From positions 5,067-69,066 of the forward strand of contig JAZOBE010000034.1 of NCBI GenBank assembly GCA_045595785.1: a stretch of DNA of 64,000 nucleotides. The letters run 5' to 3'. The position numbers were made by a program, and so were the translations under genes. This stretch comes from Eubacteriales bacterium (GTDB lineage Bacteria > Bacillota > Clostridia > Oscillospirales > CAG-382). A model generated the notes under the pieces. That model had not been told where the DNA came from. It searched no databases and worked only from the letters and a program-made list of their open reading frames with translations. Of this stretch, positions 44,015 through 53,340 are shown one piece after another (the stretch's first letter is position 1; each line of letters opens with the position of its first letter).

Positions 44015-45580
44015 TTATTCGCCTAAAGAATCCAGCAGGGAAGTCTGCATATCATCTTTGACGCTGTTATTTTGTTTAATTTCTATTTTCATTGGCTTTC
44101 CTGTAGCAGAAAAAGCCGCTTGGTTAAGTATACCTGCCGCTTCGGGATTGCTAAGCATCGTATATCCGATAAAATCAGTATAAATCCGTAATACGTTACC
44201 GCGTACTTTTATATTTGACTTTGCGGCGAAGGAAGCGATATCGCTTCTTGAAGAAAGCGCTTCAAGAAATTCACCGAAAAACTCAAATTCAGCTTCACTT
44301 GGCTTTGCTTCAGCGGGAGTAGGTTCGATTATTTCTGTCTTTGCGGCGGGCTTTTCTTCTGGAATTATCATTGGAATAACTTCGGGTTCATTTGCAGACG
44401 CTTCGAATTGTGCGCTCGGCGCAATTATAGGTCTTTTTTCCAGCTCAGCTATTCTTGCCAGCAATGCGCGGTTCGTATCGTCAAGCTTGAGGTCACACAT
44501 TCGGATAACCGCCATCTCCAAAAGTACCTTTTTGTTAAGCGCGTATCTTGACATACGGGATTGAGTATCTTCCAGAACAGAGGAAAAATACAAAATTTTT
44601 TCCATATTGCAATCGTTGGCAATTCTTCTAAGCGTTTGCTCAGCTTCGCCCGAATAGTAAGTGCCGGTTTTTGCAAAATTCGAAGGTGCGTATTTTAGCA
44701 TGAGCAAATCGCGGGTCATGCCGATCAGCTCGTCCAAAAGAGAGGACAGGTTCTTTGCACTTCTATGTAAGGTATCAATTAATCCCAAAGAAGCGGGAAT
44801 GTTGCCCTTGGAGATTAACTCGTATAGATTAGCCACAGAGTCGTTGTTTGCAACGCCTAATTGAGCTGCTACGTATTCAAGAGTAATGCGTCCGTTATTG
44901 TTGCCTGTTGTACATGATTCCAACAGCGATAGCGCATCACGCATACCACCGTCTGCCAACTTAGCAATGAGCGAAGCGGCAGCCTCGTCAAGCGGGATAT
45001 TTTCTGCTTGCGCAACCTTGTTTATATGAGATTCAATACTTGAATCATCTATGCGGCGAAACTCATAACGCTGGCATCTGGAAAGTATTGTCGGCGGTAT
45101 TTCGTTAAGTTCGGTTGTTGCTAAAATGAAAACAACGTATTCCGGAGGTTCTTCAAGCGTTTTAAGCAAAGCATTGAATGCACTGCCGGAAAGCATATGT
45201 ACCTCGTCAATAATGTAAACACGTTTTTTCAGCAGGGAAGGGGGATACAATAATTCCTCGCGCAAATCGCGAATATTATCAACACCATTATTGGAGGCAG
45301 CGTCAATTTCAAGCACATCTGTAGCGCTGCCGCTGTCGATAGAACGACATGCCTCACACTCACAACAGGGATTGCCGTTTATCGGAGAAAGGCAGTTTAC
45401 CGATTTTGCAAGAATTTTTGCACAGGAGGTTTTGCCGGTACCACGTGTTCCGCAAAACAGATATGCATGCGATACTTTGTTTTCTGCACATTGATTTCTC
45501 AGTATAGTGGTAATATGCTCTTGACCTACAACTTCATCAAAGGTTTTAGAACGCCACTTTCTATATAGAGCCTGATACAC
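44015..45580 (-). CDS. dnaX: DNA polymerase III subunit gamma/tau
   Basis: 521 aa. Walker A FCGTRGTGKTS, zinc module CCECEACRS, and IIDEVHMLS. Confidence 0.95.
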   Translation of the reverse strand: MYQALYRKWRSKTFDEVVGQEHITTILRNQCAENKVSHAYLFCGTRGTGKTSCAKILAKSVNCLSPINGNPCCECEACRSIDSGSATDVLEIDAASNNGVDNIRDLREELLYPPSLLKKRVYIIDEVHMLSGSAFNALLKTLEEPPEYVVFILATTELNEIPPTILSRCQRYEFRRIDDSSIESHINKVAQAENIPLDEAAASLIAKLADGGMRDALSLLESCTTGNNNGRITLEYVAAQLGVANNDSVANLYELISKGNIPASLGLIDTLHRSAKNLSSLLDELIGMTRDLLMLKYAPSNFAKTGTYYSGEAEQTLRRIANDCNMEKILYFSSVLEDTQSRMSRYALNKKVLLEMAVIRMCDLKLDDTNRALLARIAELEKRPIIAPSAQFEASANEPEVIPMIIPEEKPAAKTEIIEPTPAEAKPSEAEFEFFGEFLEALSSRSDIASFAAKSNIKVRGNVLRIYTDFIGYTMLSNPEAAGILNQAAFSATGKPMKIEIKQNNSVKDDMQTSLLDSLGE

Positions 45581-45604
45581 GTTATACCTCCTATAAAAAT
45601 AACA

Positions 45605-45907
45605 AATGGATACAGAGTACGGTCATACAGCTAAAGTCGAACGCCTGCTACACCCGACAACGGAGACTTTACCCTCCGGACAGGCACTCCCACAACACAT
45701 TTGCTCTTCCGCTTAATGCTGCTTGGTTCCCCACCTGACATGGTTCACAGACGCAAATTGTGCAGGACCCATCCTTCAACGAGTTCTTTCTCCGCCCGGC
45801 GGCACAGCAAACGGCCTCGTAAAGCCATTCACCCCTGCTGTAGCGGATCTCAGGTTCAGGGCACCGCTAACTCCCCAGTTAGTATGACCGTACCCCATAT
45901 CCATTCT
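45605..45907 (-). ncRNA. ffs: signal recognition particle RNA (large Bacillus/Clostridium type, ~300 nt)
   Basis: Lies immediately upstream of dnaX, as in Bacillus (scr-dnaX-yaaK-recR). 5' ggatatggggtacggtcatac pairs with 3' gtatgaccgtactctgtatcc (terminal helix). Internal tgtcaggtggggaaccaagcagc resembles the conserved domain IV GUCAGGUCCGGAAGGAAGCAGC. Has its own TTGAAA-17-TATAAT promoter. The ends are approximate. Confidence 0.75.
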
Positions 45908-45913
45908 CTTTTT

Positions 45914-45942
45914 ATTATAACAGAAATAAATAATATTTTCAA
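45914..45942 (-). promoter_or_regulatory. putative sigmaA promoter of the SRP RNA (TTGAAA-17 nt-TATAAT)
   Basis: The minus strand reads TTGAAAatattatttatttctgtTATAAT. Confidence 0.5.
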
Positions 45943-45977
45943 TAGTTTTACTCAAAAAGATATTGTTATTGTTTGTC

Positions 45978-46014
45978 AAAAAACAGCCTGTTGTAGCATT
46001 GAAACAACAGGCTG
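45978..46014 (-). terminator. rho-independent terminator after the histidine kinase gene
   Basis: The minus strand reads cagcctgttg-tttcaatgcta-caacaggctg followed by T6. Confidence 0.8.
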
Positions 46015-46020
46015 AGGTTA

Positions 46021-47262
46021 TTATTTTTGGAGCTTTCTGAAAGTACACTTGAAAATGGTTCCTTCTTGCACTGAGCTGGTTACAGTTATCTTTGAATCGT
46101 GTGCTTTAACAATATTTTTTGCGATAGACAATCCCAGCCCATATCCGCCTTCACTGCGAGACCGTGCTTTGTTTACTCGATAAAAACGCTCGAATATTCT
46201 GTCTATTTCATCCTTGGGAATCGGTTCACCGGAATTTCGTATAACTATTGAAGCTCTGTCTCCTTCTGAAAACAGGTGTACTTCGATATGTCCGTTTTCT
46301 TCAGAATATTTGCATGCGTTATCCAATAGAATGCCTATTAACTGACGCAATGCCGAATCGTCTCCTTTTATAAAAATGTCCGGTTGAATATTAACGAGGA
46401 GATTCTTGTTCTTTTCAAAGCAAACGCTTTCGAAGGGGAGTACCATTTCGGTAGTTAGATTGCTGAAATTCACCTCTTTTTTAATGACAACGGCATTATC
46501 CTCACTTTTTGCGAGATACAGCATATTATTAACCAAATTTGCCATTCTAACAGTTTCGGTTTTAATGTATCCGAGCCATTTTTCTTGATCTTTTATTGTT
46601 GATTCCGGATTGCTCAGTATAAGATCTGTGTTCGCGGAAATTACCGTTATCGGTGTTTTTAATTCGTGAGAAGCGTCTGCCACCAGCTGCTTTTGCTGAC
46701 GCCACGCTCGTGCGGCAGGTGCAACTGCAATATGCGCAATAAACATCGTTACAAGCAGAAAAGCGATAAACAATAACGTCCCTATAAGTATCAGTGATAT
46801 CCTTAGCGCGCGTAACGTCTGGCTTTCGTAGCTTTTATCTAACAGCACTATTCTTGTCAATGTTTTTCCCTGCTTTGTAAGGAATCTGAAACTACTTTCA
46901 CCGGTCTTTATTATTCCGCTTCCAGTGTTTTGCGATTTAACTTCAGAGATAAGCTTGTTTATATATTCGATGTCACTGTCAACAAGCTCTAACACCGAGA
47001 CACCGTATCCGTCGATAGTAAATGTCTTATCATGCTCGTTAAGATCAATTGTTATTATTGAAAAATCTCCTCCGCGCTCAGAATCATTCGGAGGAAAGAA
47101 TCCCGAATGCGGTTTTTTTACTGCATTTTCCATGGCAATATGGCTTTTATGAGCAATATCGTTTGCTGTGAGTGCGTATATACCTGAAAATGCAACTGCC
47201 AGCAACAAGGTAATTATTATCATCATTGCGGCTACTACTTTTACTTTTAATTTTCTTATCAC
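46021..47262 (-). CDS. two-component sensor histidine kinase
   Basis: 413 aa with two TM helices. H-box ADASHELKTPITVI. G-box GGYGLGLSIAKNIV. 4-nt overlap with the regulator gene. Confidence 0.9.
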   Translation of the reverse strand: MIRKLKVKVVAAMMIIITLLLAVAFSGIYALTANDIAHKSHIAMENAVKKPHSGFFPPNDSERGGDFSIITIDLNEHDKTFTIDGYGVSVLELVDSDIEYINKLISEVKSQNTGSGIIKTGESSFRFLTKQGKTLTRIVLLDKSYESQTLRALRISLILIGTLLFIAFLLVTMFIAHIAVAPAARAWRQQKQLVADASHELKTPITVISANTDLILSNPESTIKDQEKWLGYIKTETVRMANLVNNMLYLAKSEDNAVVIKKEVNFSNLTTEMVLPFESVCFEKNKNLLVNIQPDIFIKGDDSALRQLIGILLDNACKYSEENGHIEVHLFSEGDRASIVIRNSGEPIPKDEIDRIFERFYRVNKARSRSEGGYGLGLSIAKNIVKAHDSKITVTSSVQEGTIFKCTFRKLQK

Positions 47263-47936
47263 TTTGAGTTTACCTCCAAATGATATCCAACTCGTCTTAT
47301 TGTGCTTATTGATACGTTTGATTCAAGATACGCAAGCTTTTTTCTGATAAAAGAAATGTACACTTCAACGTTGTTGTCCTCTGCGTCGGAATCATATCCC
47401 CAAACCTTTGTTAAAAGCTCTTCTTTTTGCACTATACTTTTTGAGGCTGACAACAGTATTCTGAGAATTTCAAACTCCTTGAATCCCAAATGAATTGATT
47501 TGCCGTTTGCATAAAGAATATAGTTGCTAAGGTTAAGCGTAAGATCCCCCAGCTTTAATTCATCAAGGATGATATCGCCTTGTCTTCTTGTAACAGCACG
47601 TATTCTTGCCAGTAATTCTTCGGCGAAAAACGGCTTTGTAAGATAATCGTCAGCACCCACATCAAGACCTTTGATCTTATACTCAAGATCATCTCTTGCA
47701 GTAAGTAATATTACCGGCGTTTTTACTCCACTTTTTCTTATGCCCTTCAAAACCTCGAATCCATCGAGTTTTGGAAGCATGATATCAAGTATTATAACAT
47801 CATATATTCCTGACAATCCATAATCAAGTCCGTTTTGACCGTCATGAACAACGTCACATCCGTATTTTTGATTTTTCATTATTTGCTTCAAAGAATCTGC
47901 AAGTCTTACTTCATCTTCTACAATAAGAACATTCAT
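47259..47936 (-). CDS. OmpR-family response regulator
   Basis: ~225 aa from MNVLIVEDE (the track ORF is 22 codons longer). Receiver Asp in VIILDIMLPKLDG. Winged-helix C-terminus ending RRVGYHLE. Confidence 0.9.
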   Translation of the reverse strand: MNVLIVEDEVRLADSLKQIMKNQKYGCDVVHDGQNGLDYGLSGIYDVIILDIMLPKLDGFEVLKGIRKSGVKTPVILLTARDDLEYKIKGLDVGADDYLTKPFFAEELLARIRAVTRRQGDIILDELKLGDLTLNLSNYILYANGKSIHLGFKEFEILRILLSASKSIVQKEELLTKVWGYDSDAEDNNVEVYISFIRKKLAYLESNVSISTIRRVGYHLEVNSK

Positions 47937-47985
47937 TAAAAAACACCTCTTTGCAAATTTAAACTTTTGTGCTGAAAGCAGACTT

Positions 47986-48011
47986 AAAAAGGCAGTCACC
48001 AAGACTGCCTT
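47986..48011 (-). terminator. stem-loop between the membrane protein gene and the two-component operon
   Basis: The minus strand reads aaggcagtc-ttggt-gactgcctt followed by ttttaag. Confidence 0.55.
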
Positions 48012-48017
48012 AAAAGA

Positions 48018-49010
48018 TTATTTTACAAATTGTTCAATAGTCACGTTGCTCTTTTTAGAAGATGAGAACAAGCCGAACGCAAAAATTGCAAGAGCTACCA
48101 AACCGAAAAGCAGGTCAATAATCAGTCCTTGGTAGAAGTCGACGCCGTCTGCGGTGGTAGTGAAGGGGAGACGCAGGAAGGTACCGAAGGACTTCATTGC
48201 TGTCGAAATAGAATATCCGTATGCGGTGAGTATCTGATATGCGGTGATTAGAAGTCTTGCACCGGCATTAAACAATAGTGAAAATACTCCAACAGAAACG
48301 GTTACCGGAACATCCTTTGCCTTGCAAAACAGTTTTGAGCAAAAATACGTCAACGTAGCGGTTCCGAAGCAGAGCGCCGATATTCCGTATGACAAAGATA
48401 CGTTGGCTGAAATGATCTTATCAACAATATAAGAAAGACCCAATATTAAAATAAAACCGATAAGCGCGCCTATAAGGGCACCGCCGATGCCTTTAATACG
48501 CTGTGTGTTGGTGGCTTTTGCTTTTGATTTTTTTTGGTTATTCTCTAAACTCGCTTTTAGCGCACAACTTTCGCAGACCAGATTTAACGCACCGCCGTTG
48601 TTGATAACCATTGTTTTTCCGTCAAGCTTACAGCCGCACTTAGTGCAACTATCCGCAGTAGGAATTTCGTTTGCAGTAAGCAATTCAACGGTTGCATCAA
48701 TTATGTCTCTGAATGCAGATAAATCACATGTAGAAATAATAGTTATACCGCTATTGTCAACAGAGCACACTGACTTTGCGATTTCATTTACAGTTTCATT
48801 CAAAGCCTGAGAGAACTCGAAAGTAAAAACAGAGTCTTCATCAGTATTGAAAGGACAACCGAAAAAAGCATGCTTTTTATTGTCTTTTTCTCCGACAGAA
48901 ATAAGATATTTCTTATAAATACCGTACGCTCGCTCGTCTTTTGTTCCGCCGCTTGCGATATTTTTAAGCCCCAAATCCTTTGCCAATACCTCTATGGATT
49001 TCGTAAGCAT
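48018..49010 (-). CDS. hypothetical membrane protein with a cytoplasmic N-domain, a CxxC...CxxC zinc ribbon and ~5 C-terminal TM helices
   Basis: ~330 aa from the ATG at 49010, after GAGAGG. Zinc-ribbon-like CTKCGCKLDG...LVCESCA. Then a hydrophobic C-terminal half. Confidence 0.55.
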   Translation of the reverse strand: MLTKSIEVLAKDLGLKNIASGGTKDERAYGIYKKYLISVGEKDNKKHAFFGCPFNTDEDSVFTFEFSQALNETVNEIAKSVCSVDNSGITIISTCDLSAFRDIIDATVELLTANEIPTADSCTKCGCKLDGKTMVINNGGALNLVCESCALKASLENNQKKSKAKATNTQRIKGIGGALIGALIGFILILGLSYIVDKIISANVSLSYGISALCFGTATLTYFCSKLFCKAKDVPVTVSVGVFSLLFNAGARLLITAYQILTAYGYSISTAMKSFGTFLRLPFTTTADGVDFYQGLIIDLLFGLVALAIFAFGLFSSSKKSNVTIEQFVK

Positions 49011-49175
49011 AGTATACCTCTCAAAAATAAATATTGATATTTGTATTTTATCAATATATGACACCGAATTTGTTAACAAATTGTTAATATTTTCGTTCGC
49101 TTTTCAACATTTTTTTATTTTAGATAATTTAACAGAAATTGAGTCTGCCAAATTTGATTTTTTTCGTCATAATCA

Positions 49176-49204
49176 TTGACAAAACCGCAAAAAAACTGTA
49201 TATT
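49176..49204 (+). promoter_or_regulatory. putative sigmaA promoter of potABCD (TTGACA-17 nt-TATATT)
   Basis: Hexamers at 49176-49181 and 49199-49204, ~40 nt upstream of ATG 49243. Confidence 0.5.
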
Positions 49205-49242
49205 TATCTTGTTATATTTTGTGCATTTTCGGAGGACAAACG

Positions 49243-50358
49243 ATGAGTAATAAATTACTTGATCTTAAAAACATTTCTGTTCGTTTTGATGACAACGTTA
49301 TTCTTAACAACATTAATTTATATATTTGCGACGGCGAGTTTATTACGCTTTTGGGTCCTTCCGGTTGTGGCAAAACCACCACTCTGCGTATCATCGGAGG
49401 ATTCATAAACCCCGATTCAGGTGACGTTTATTTCGAGGGAAAGCGTATTAACGATATACCTTCTTATAAGCGAGAAATAAACACCATTTTCCAGAAATAT
49501 GCTTTGTTTCCTCACTTGAACGTTTATGAAAACGTTGCGTTCGGTCTCAGATTAAAAAAGCTGAGCGAAAAGGAAATAAAGGATACCGTTGAAGAAATGC
49601 TTGCGCTTGTAAACCTTAAAGGCTTTGGAAAGCGTAACATAAATTCACTTTCCGGTGGTCAGCAGCAGAGAGTGGCAATTGCACGTGCTCTTGCTGTACG
49701 TCCTCGTGTTTTACTTCTTGACGAACCTTTGGGTGCTCTTGACCTTAAGCTTCGCAAGGATATGCAGAACGAGCTTAAATCTATCCAGCAGCGTTTGGGT
49801 ATAACCTTTATTTATGTTACTCATGATCAGGAAGAAGCATTATCTATGTCCGATACTGTCGTTGTTATGGATAACGGCGCTATTCAGCAGATAGGCACTC
49901 CTCTTGATATCTATAATGAGCCTAAGAATGCATTCGTCGCTGATTTTATTGGCGAGAGTAATATTCTTGACGGCAGAATGATTGATGATTACCGTTGCTA
50001 TTTCTCCGGTAAGGAGTTCAAGTGTCTTGATACCGGATTTGAAAAGAATGAATCTGTAGACGTTGTAGTTCGTCCCGAGGACGTAGACGTTGTTCCCGCA
50101 GAAGAGGGAATGGTCTGCGGTACTGTAACTAACCTTACCTTTAAGGGTGTACACTACGAAATTATTGTTGATATCGGAAACTTCAAATGGATGATCCAGA
50201 CTACCGATTTTCAATCTGTGGGCTCTCGAATCGGTCTGAAAATCGATCCTGACGCTATTCACGTTATGAAAAAGAGCGAATATTCCGGTAAATTTGGTGA
50301 TTACAGTACGTTCTCCGATGAGATTGAGGAAATGTCGATCAATGATGAGGAAGAGTGA
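49243..50358 (+). CDS. potA: spermidine/putrescine ABC transporter ATP-binding protein
   Basis: ~371 aa from [10 protein letters not shown] after GGAGG. Walker [10 protein letters not shown], signature [15 protein letters not shown], Walker B LLLDEPL. TOBE-like C-terminal domain. Confidence 0.9.
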   Translation: MSNKLLDLKNISVRFDDNVILNNINLYICDGEFITLLGPSGCGKTTTLRIIGGFINPDSGDVYFEGKRINDIPSYKREINTIFQKYALFPHLNVYENVAFGLRLKKLSEKEIKDTVEEMLALVNLKGFGKRNINSLSGGQQQRVAIARALAVRPRVLLLDEPLGALDLKLRKDMQNELKSIQQRLGITFIYVTHDQEEALSMSDTVVVMDNGAIQQIGTPLDIYNEPKNAFVADFIGESNILDGRMIDDYRCYFSGKEFKCLDTGFEKNESVDVVVRPEDVDVVPAEEGMVCGTVTNLTFKGVHYEIIVDIGNFKWMIQTTDFQSVGSRIGLKIDPDAIHVMKKSEYSGKFGDYSTFSDEIEEMSINDEEE

Positions 50359-50359
50359 A

Positions 50360-51202
50360 ATGGTTAAAAAAAGATCTGTTTTACAGCGCCTTCTTTCGGC
50401 GCCTCACATTGTATGGTCGGTGCTGTTTATAGTTGCACCGCTTGCCATCGTTGTATTCTATGCTTTTACCGATTCGTCATTCGGCTTTTCTCTTGATAAT
50501 TTTTCAAGATTGTTTGATGACGGTACAGTAGAGGTATTTACTCTGTCCTTGGCATTTGCTTTTTGTGCGACTTGCATTTGCCTTGTTATAGCATATCCGT
50601 TGGCATATTTTATTTCACGCACCAACAGAAAAACTCAAAACACATTGGTAATGCTTTCAATGCTGCCTATGTGGATGAATTTCTTGCTTCGTACTTACGC
50701 GCTGTCCTTCCTTTTTGAGGATACAGGCTTTGTAAACAACATTCTTAATGCGTTGGGATTGAGCGAGGTAACCCTTATTAACACGCCCGGTGCAGTTATA
50801 TTCGGTATGGTTTATAACTTTTTGCCGTATATGATCTTGCCTATTCATTCGGTTATCTCCAAGATTGACAAAAACGTTATCGAAGCCGCTGAGGATCTGG
50901 GGTGTAACCGTATGCAGGTTATTTCCAGAGTCATTATGCCACTCAGTGTTCCCGGCATAGTGTCAGGTATTACTATGGTATTCGTTCCCTCGGTTAGTAC
51001 CTTCTATATTTCTCAGCAATTGGGTCCCACGGATTTTGTACTTATCGGCGACGTAATTGAAACTTATTTCAAATCCTCTGCGGCGTTTTCCTATCACCTT
51101 GGTTCTGCCATTTCTTTGGTACTGATGATACTTATCTTTATCTGTATGGCAGTAATGAACCGCTTCTCAGATGATGATGCTACGGGAGGTATAATGGTAT
51201 GA
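50360..51202 (+). CDS. potB: spermidine/putrescine ABC transporter permease
   Basis: ~280 aa from the ATG at 50360, 1 nt after the potA stop. EAA loop IEAAEDLGCNRMQVISRVIMP. Confidence 0.85.
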   Translation: MVKKRSVLQRLLSAPHIVWSVLFIVAPLAIVVFYAFTDSSFGFSLDNFSRLFDDGTVEVFTLSLAFAFCATCICLVIAYPLAYFISRTNRKTQNTLVMLSMLPMWMNFLLRTYALSFLFEDTGFVNNILNALGLSEVTLINTPGAVIFGMVYNFLPYMILPIHSVISKIDKNVIEAAEDLGCNRMQVISRVIMPLSVPGIVSGITMVFVPSVSTFYISQQLGPTDFVLIGDVIETYFKSSAAFSYHLGSAISLVLMILIFICMAVMNRFSDDDATGGIMV

Positions 51203-51996
51203 AGATAGGCTCTAAGCTTTATATGGCACTTGTTTTCGCGCTTTTATATGCGCCTATAATAGTGCTCATCGTATTCTCATTTAATTCCTCCAACAGTATG
51301 GCTGTTTTTGAGGGATTTTCGTTGAAGTGGTATAAGGAGTTGTTCAGTAACGAAGCTGCCATTTCCGCGTTGGGTAACTCTTTGATTTTAGCACTGTCAT
51401 CAGCTCTTATATCTACGGTTTTTGGTACGATCGCTGCTGTAGGAATTCATAAAATGCGTTCCCGCTACATTAAGTCGGCGGTGATGAACGTTACCAATAT
51501 TCCTATGATGAACCCTGATATCGTTACCGGCATTTCTATGATGCTGTTGTTCGCACTTTGCGGTACCCTTATCGGAAACGGTATTCTCGGTTTTTGGACC
51601 TTGCTTATAGCTCACATTACATTTAACCTGCCTTACGTAATTCTTTCGGTAATGCCTAAGCTTAAGCAGATGGACGTGCGTCTTCCCGAGGCTGCTATGG
51701 ACCTTGGCTGTACGCCTATGCAGGCTTTTTTCAAGGTCGAACTTCATGAAATTCTTCCCGGTATATTTTCCGGACTACTCATGGCATTCACCTTGTCGCT
51801 TGATGACTTTGTAATTAGTTATTTCTGCGCAGGTAATACTTTCCAGACGTTACCTATTTATATTTATTCGCAAACCAAAAAGCGAGTAACTCCTGATATG
51901 AATGCTCTGTGCGCAATTATTTTTGTAACGATTCTTATTCTTTTGCTCGTTCGAAATTTTGCTACAGACCGACAAGTCAAGAAAAACACAAAATAG
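51199..51996 (+). CDS. potC: spermidine/putrescine ABC transporter permease
   Basis: 265 aa. 4-nt overlap with potB. EAA loop PEAAMDLGCTPMQAFFKVELHEILP. Confidence 0.85.
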   Translation: MKIGSKLYMALVFALLYAPIIVLIVFSFNSSNSMAVFEGFSLKWYKELFSNEAAISALGNSLILALSSALISTVFGTIAAVGIHKMRSRYIKSAVMNVTNIPMMNPDIVTGISMMLLFALCGTLIGNGILGFWTLLIAHITFNLPYVILSVMPKLKQMDVRLPEAAMDLGCTPMQAFFKVELHEILPGIFSGLLMAFTLSLDDFVISYFCAGNTFQTLPIYIYSQTKKRVTPDMNALCAIIFVTILILLLVRNFATDRQVKKNTK

Positions 51997-52033
51997 CACT
52001 TACATTTTGATTATCTAAAGGAGAAAAACGGAA

Positions 52034-53323
52034 TTGTCAAAGAGAATTGTTTCTGTTTTTATCGTAGTGTTGGCCGTACTTTGTCCGGCTCTCTGTTCTT
52101 GCGCTTCGCAGGAAAACACCGATTTTTCCGTTACGGAAGCTACTGCTTCCATAGATTATTCAGCATACGAGGGTGTTACCCTGAACGTATACAACTGGGG
52201 CGAATATATTTCCGACGGAAGCGACGGCTCGGTTGATATAAACGCTGAGTTTACCAAGCTCACCGGTATTAACATTAGTTATACTAACTTTACAAGTAAT
52301 GAAGATATGTATAACAAGATTGTTAACGGCGGCGTTTCTTACGATATTATTATACCTTCTGATTATATGATCGAGAAGCTTATCAAAGAAGATCTTGTCG
52401 TAAAGTTGGATTTTAATAATATCCCCAATTATAAGTATATTTCGGACGAATACAAGAATCTGTATTTTGATCCTGCCAACGAGTACAGCGTTCCGTATAG
52501 TGTTGGAATGGTTGGACTTATTTACAATACTGCCATTGTTTCGGAGCATCCTGACAGTTGGTCGGCGTTGTGGGATCCAAAATATGATGGCGAAATACTT
52601 ATGTTCAACAATCCGCGTGATGCTTTCGGTATCGCACAGTTCCTTCTTTCTGCTACTGACAGTAATGTGAATATCAATTCCGAAGATCCTGCAGTTTGGG
52701 ATGCAGCGAAGGAAAAACTTTCGCAGCAAAAGCCTCTCGTTAAATCTTACGTTATGGATGAAATATTCAATAAGATGGAAAGCGGTGCCGCTGCACTTGC
52801 TCCGTATTATGCGGGTGACTATTTCAGCATGTATGAAAACAACCCTGATCTTGCGTTTGTTTATCCCAAGGAAGGCACCAATATTTTTGTTGACTCGGTC
52901 TGTATTCCTTCCAGTACCAAGAACAAGGCTGCTGCTGAATTGTACATTAACTTTCTTATGGATCCAAACGTTGCCTTGCAAAACGCATATATGATATGCT
53001 ACGCTTCTCCCAATACAGAAGTTGTGGAAAATGAAGAGTATTTAGCATTTCTCGACGAACTTCACCCTGATGCATATGATATCCTGTATATGGATATGGC
53101 GGCATACTATGAGGGCGCGGACATAAAAAACTATTATTTCCGTGATCTTTCCGACGAAACGCTTAATAACATGAATGCGTTGTGGAACAGCTTAAAAATC
53201 GAATCCACCGATGGAAGCTCTACTGCTTTTGTATATTATTTTTGCGCAGTGGTTATAGCAATGCTGGCTGTATTCTTTGTGTTTTCCAAGATAAGAAAAT
53301 ATAAACGTGAACACGTACAATGA
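52034..53323 (+). CDS. potD: spermidine/putrescine-binding protein (PotD-like) with an extra C-terminal TM helix
   Basis: 429 aa with a TTG start. N-terminal signal with Cys-containing lipobox-like ALCSCAS. PotD-like core (YNWGEYI...IIIPSDYMIEKL...VDSVCIP). C-terminal FVYYFCAVVIAMLAVFFVFSKIRKYKRE. Confidence 0.8.
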   Translation: MSKRIVSVFIVVLAVLCPALCSCASQENTDFSVTEATASIDYSAYEGVTLNVYNWGEYISDGSDGSVDINAEFTKLTGINISYTNFTSNEDMYNKIVNGGVSYDIIIPSDYMIEKLIKEDLVVKLDFNNIPNYKYISDEYKNLYFDPANEYSVPYSVGMVGLIYNTAIVSEHPDSWSALWDPKYDGEILMFNNPRDAFGIAQFLLSATDSNVNINSEDPAVWDAAKEKLSQQKPLVKSYVMDEIFNKMESGAAALAPYYAGDYFSMYENNPDLAFVYPKEGTNIFVDSVCIPSSTKNKAAAELYINFLMDPNVALQNAYMICYASPNTEVVENEEYLAFLDELHPDAYDILYMDMAAYYEGADIKNYYFRDLSDETLNNMNALWNSLKIESTDGSSTAFVYYFCAVVIAMLAVFFVFSKIRKYKREHVQ

Positions 53324-53340
53324 TTTATAAGGAGTCGGAT

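Noticed and set aside
44434-44439. A6 run (ELEKRP codons gaa aaa aga) in dnaX with a small downstream hairpin, considered as a tau/gamma programmed frameshift or slippage site
   Set aside because: It does not fit the in-frame X XXY YYZ heptamer (it reads A AAA AGA). The run is short for transcriptional slippage and the hairpin has only ~5 bp.
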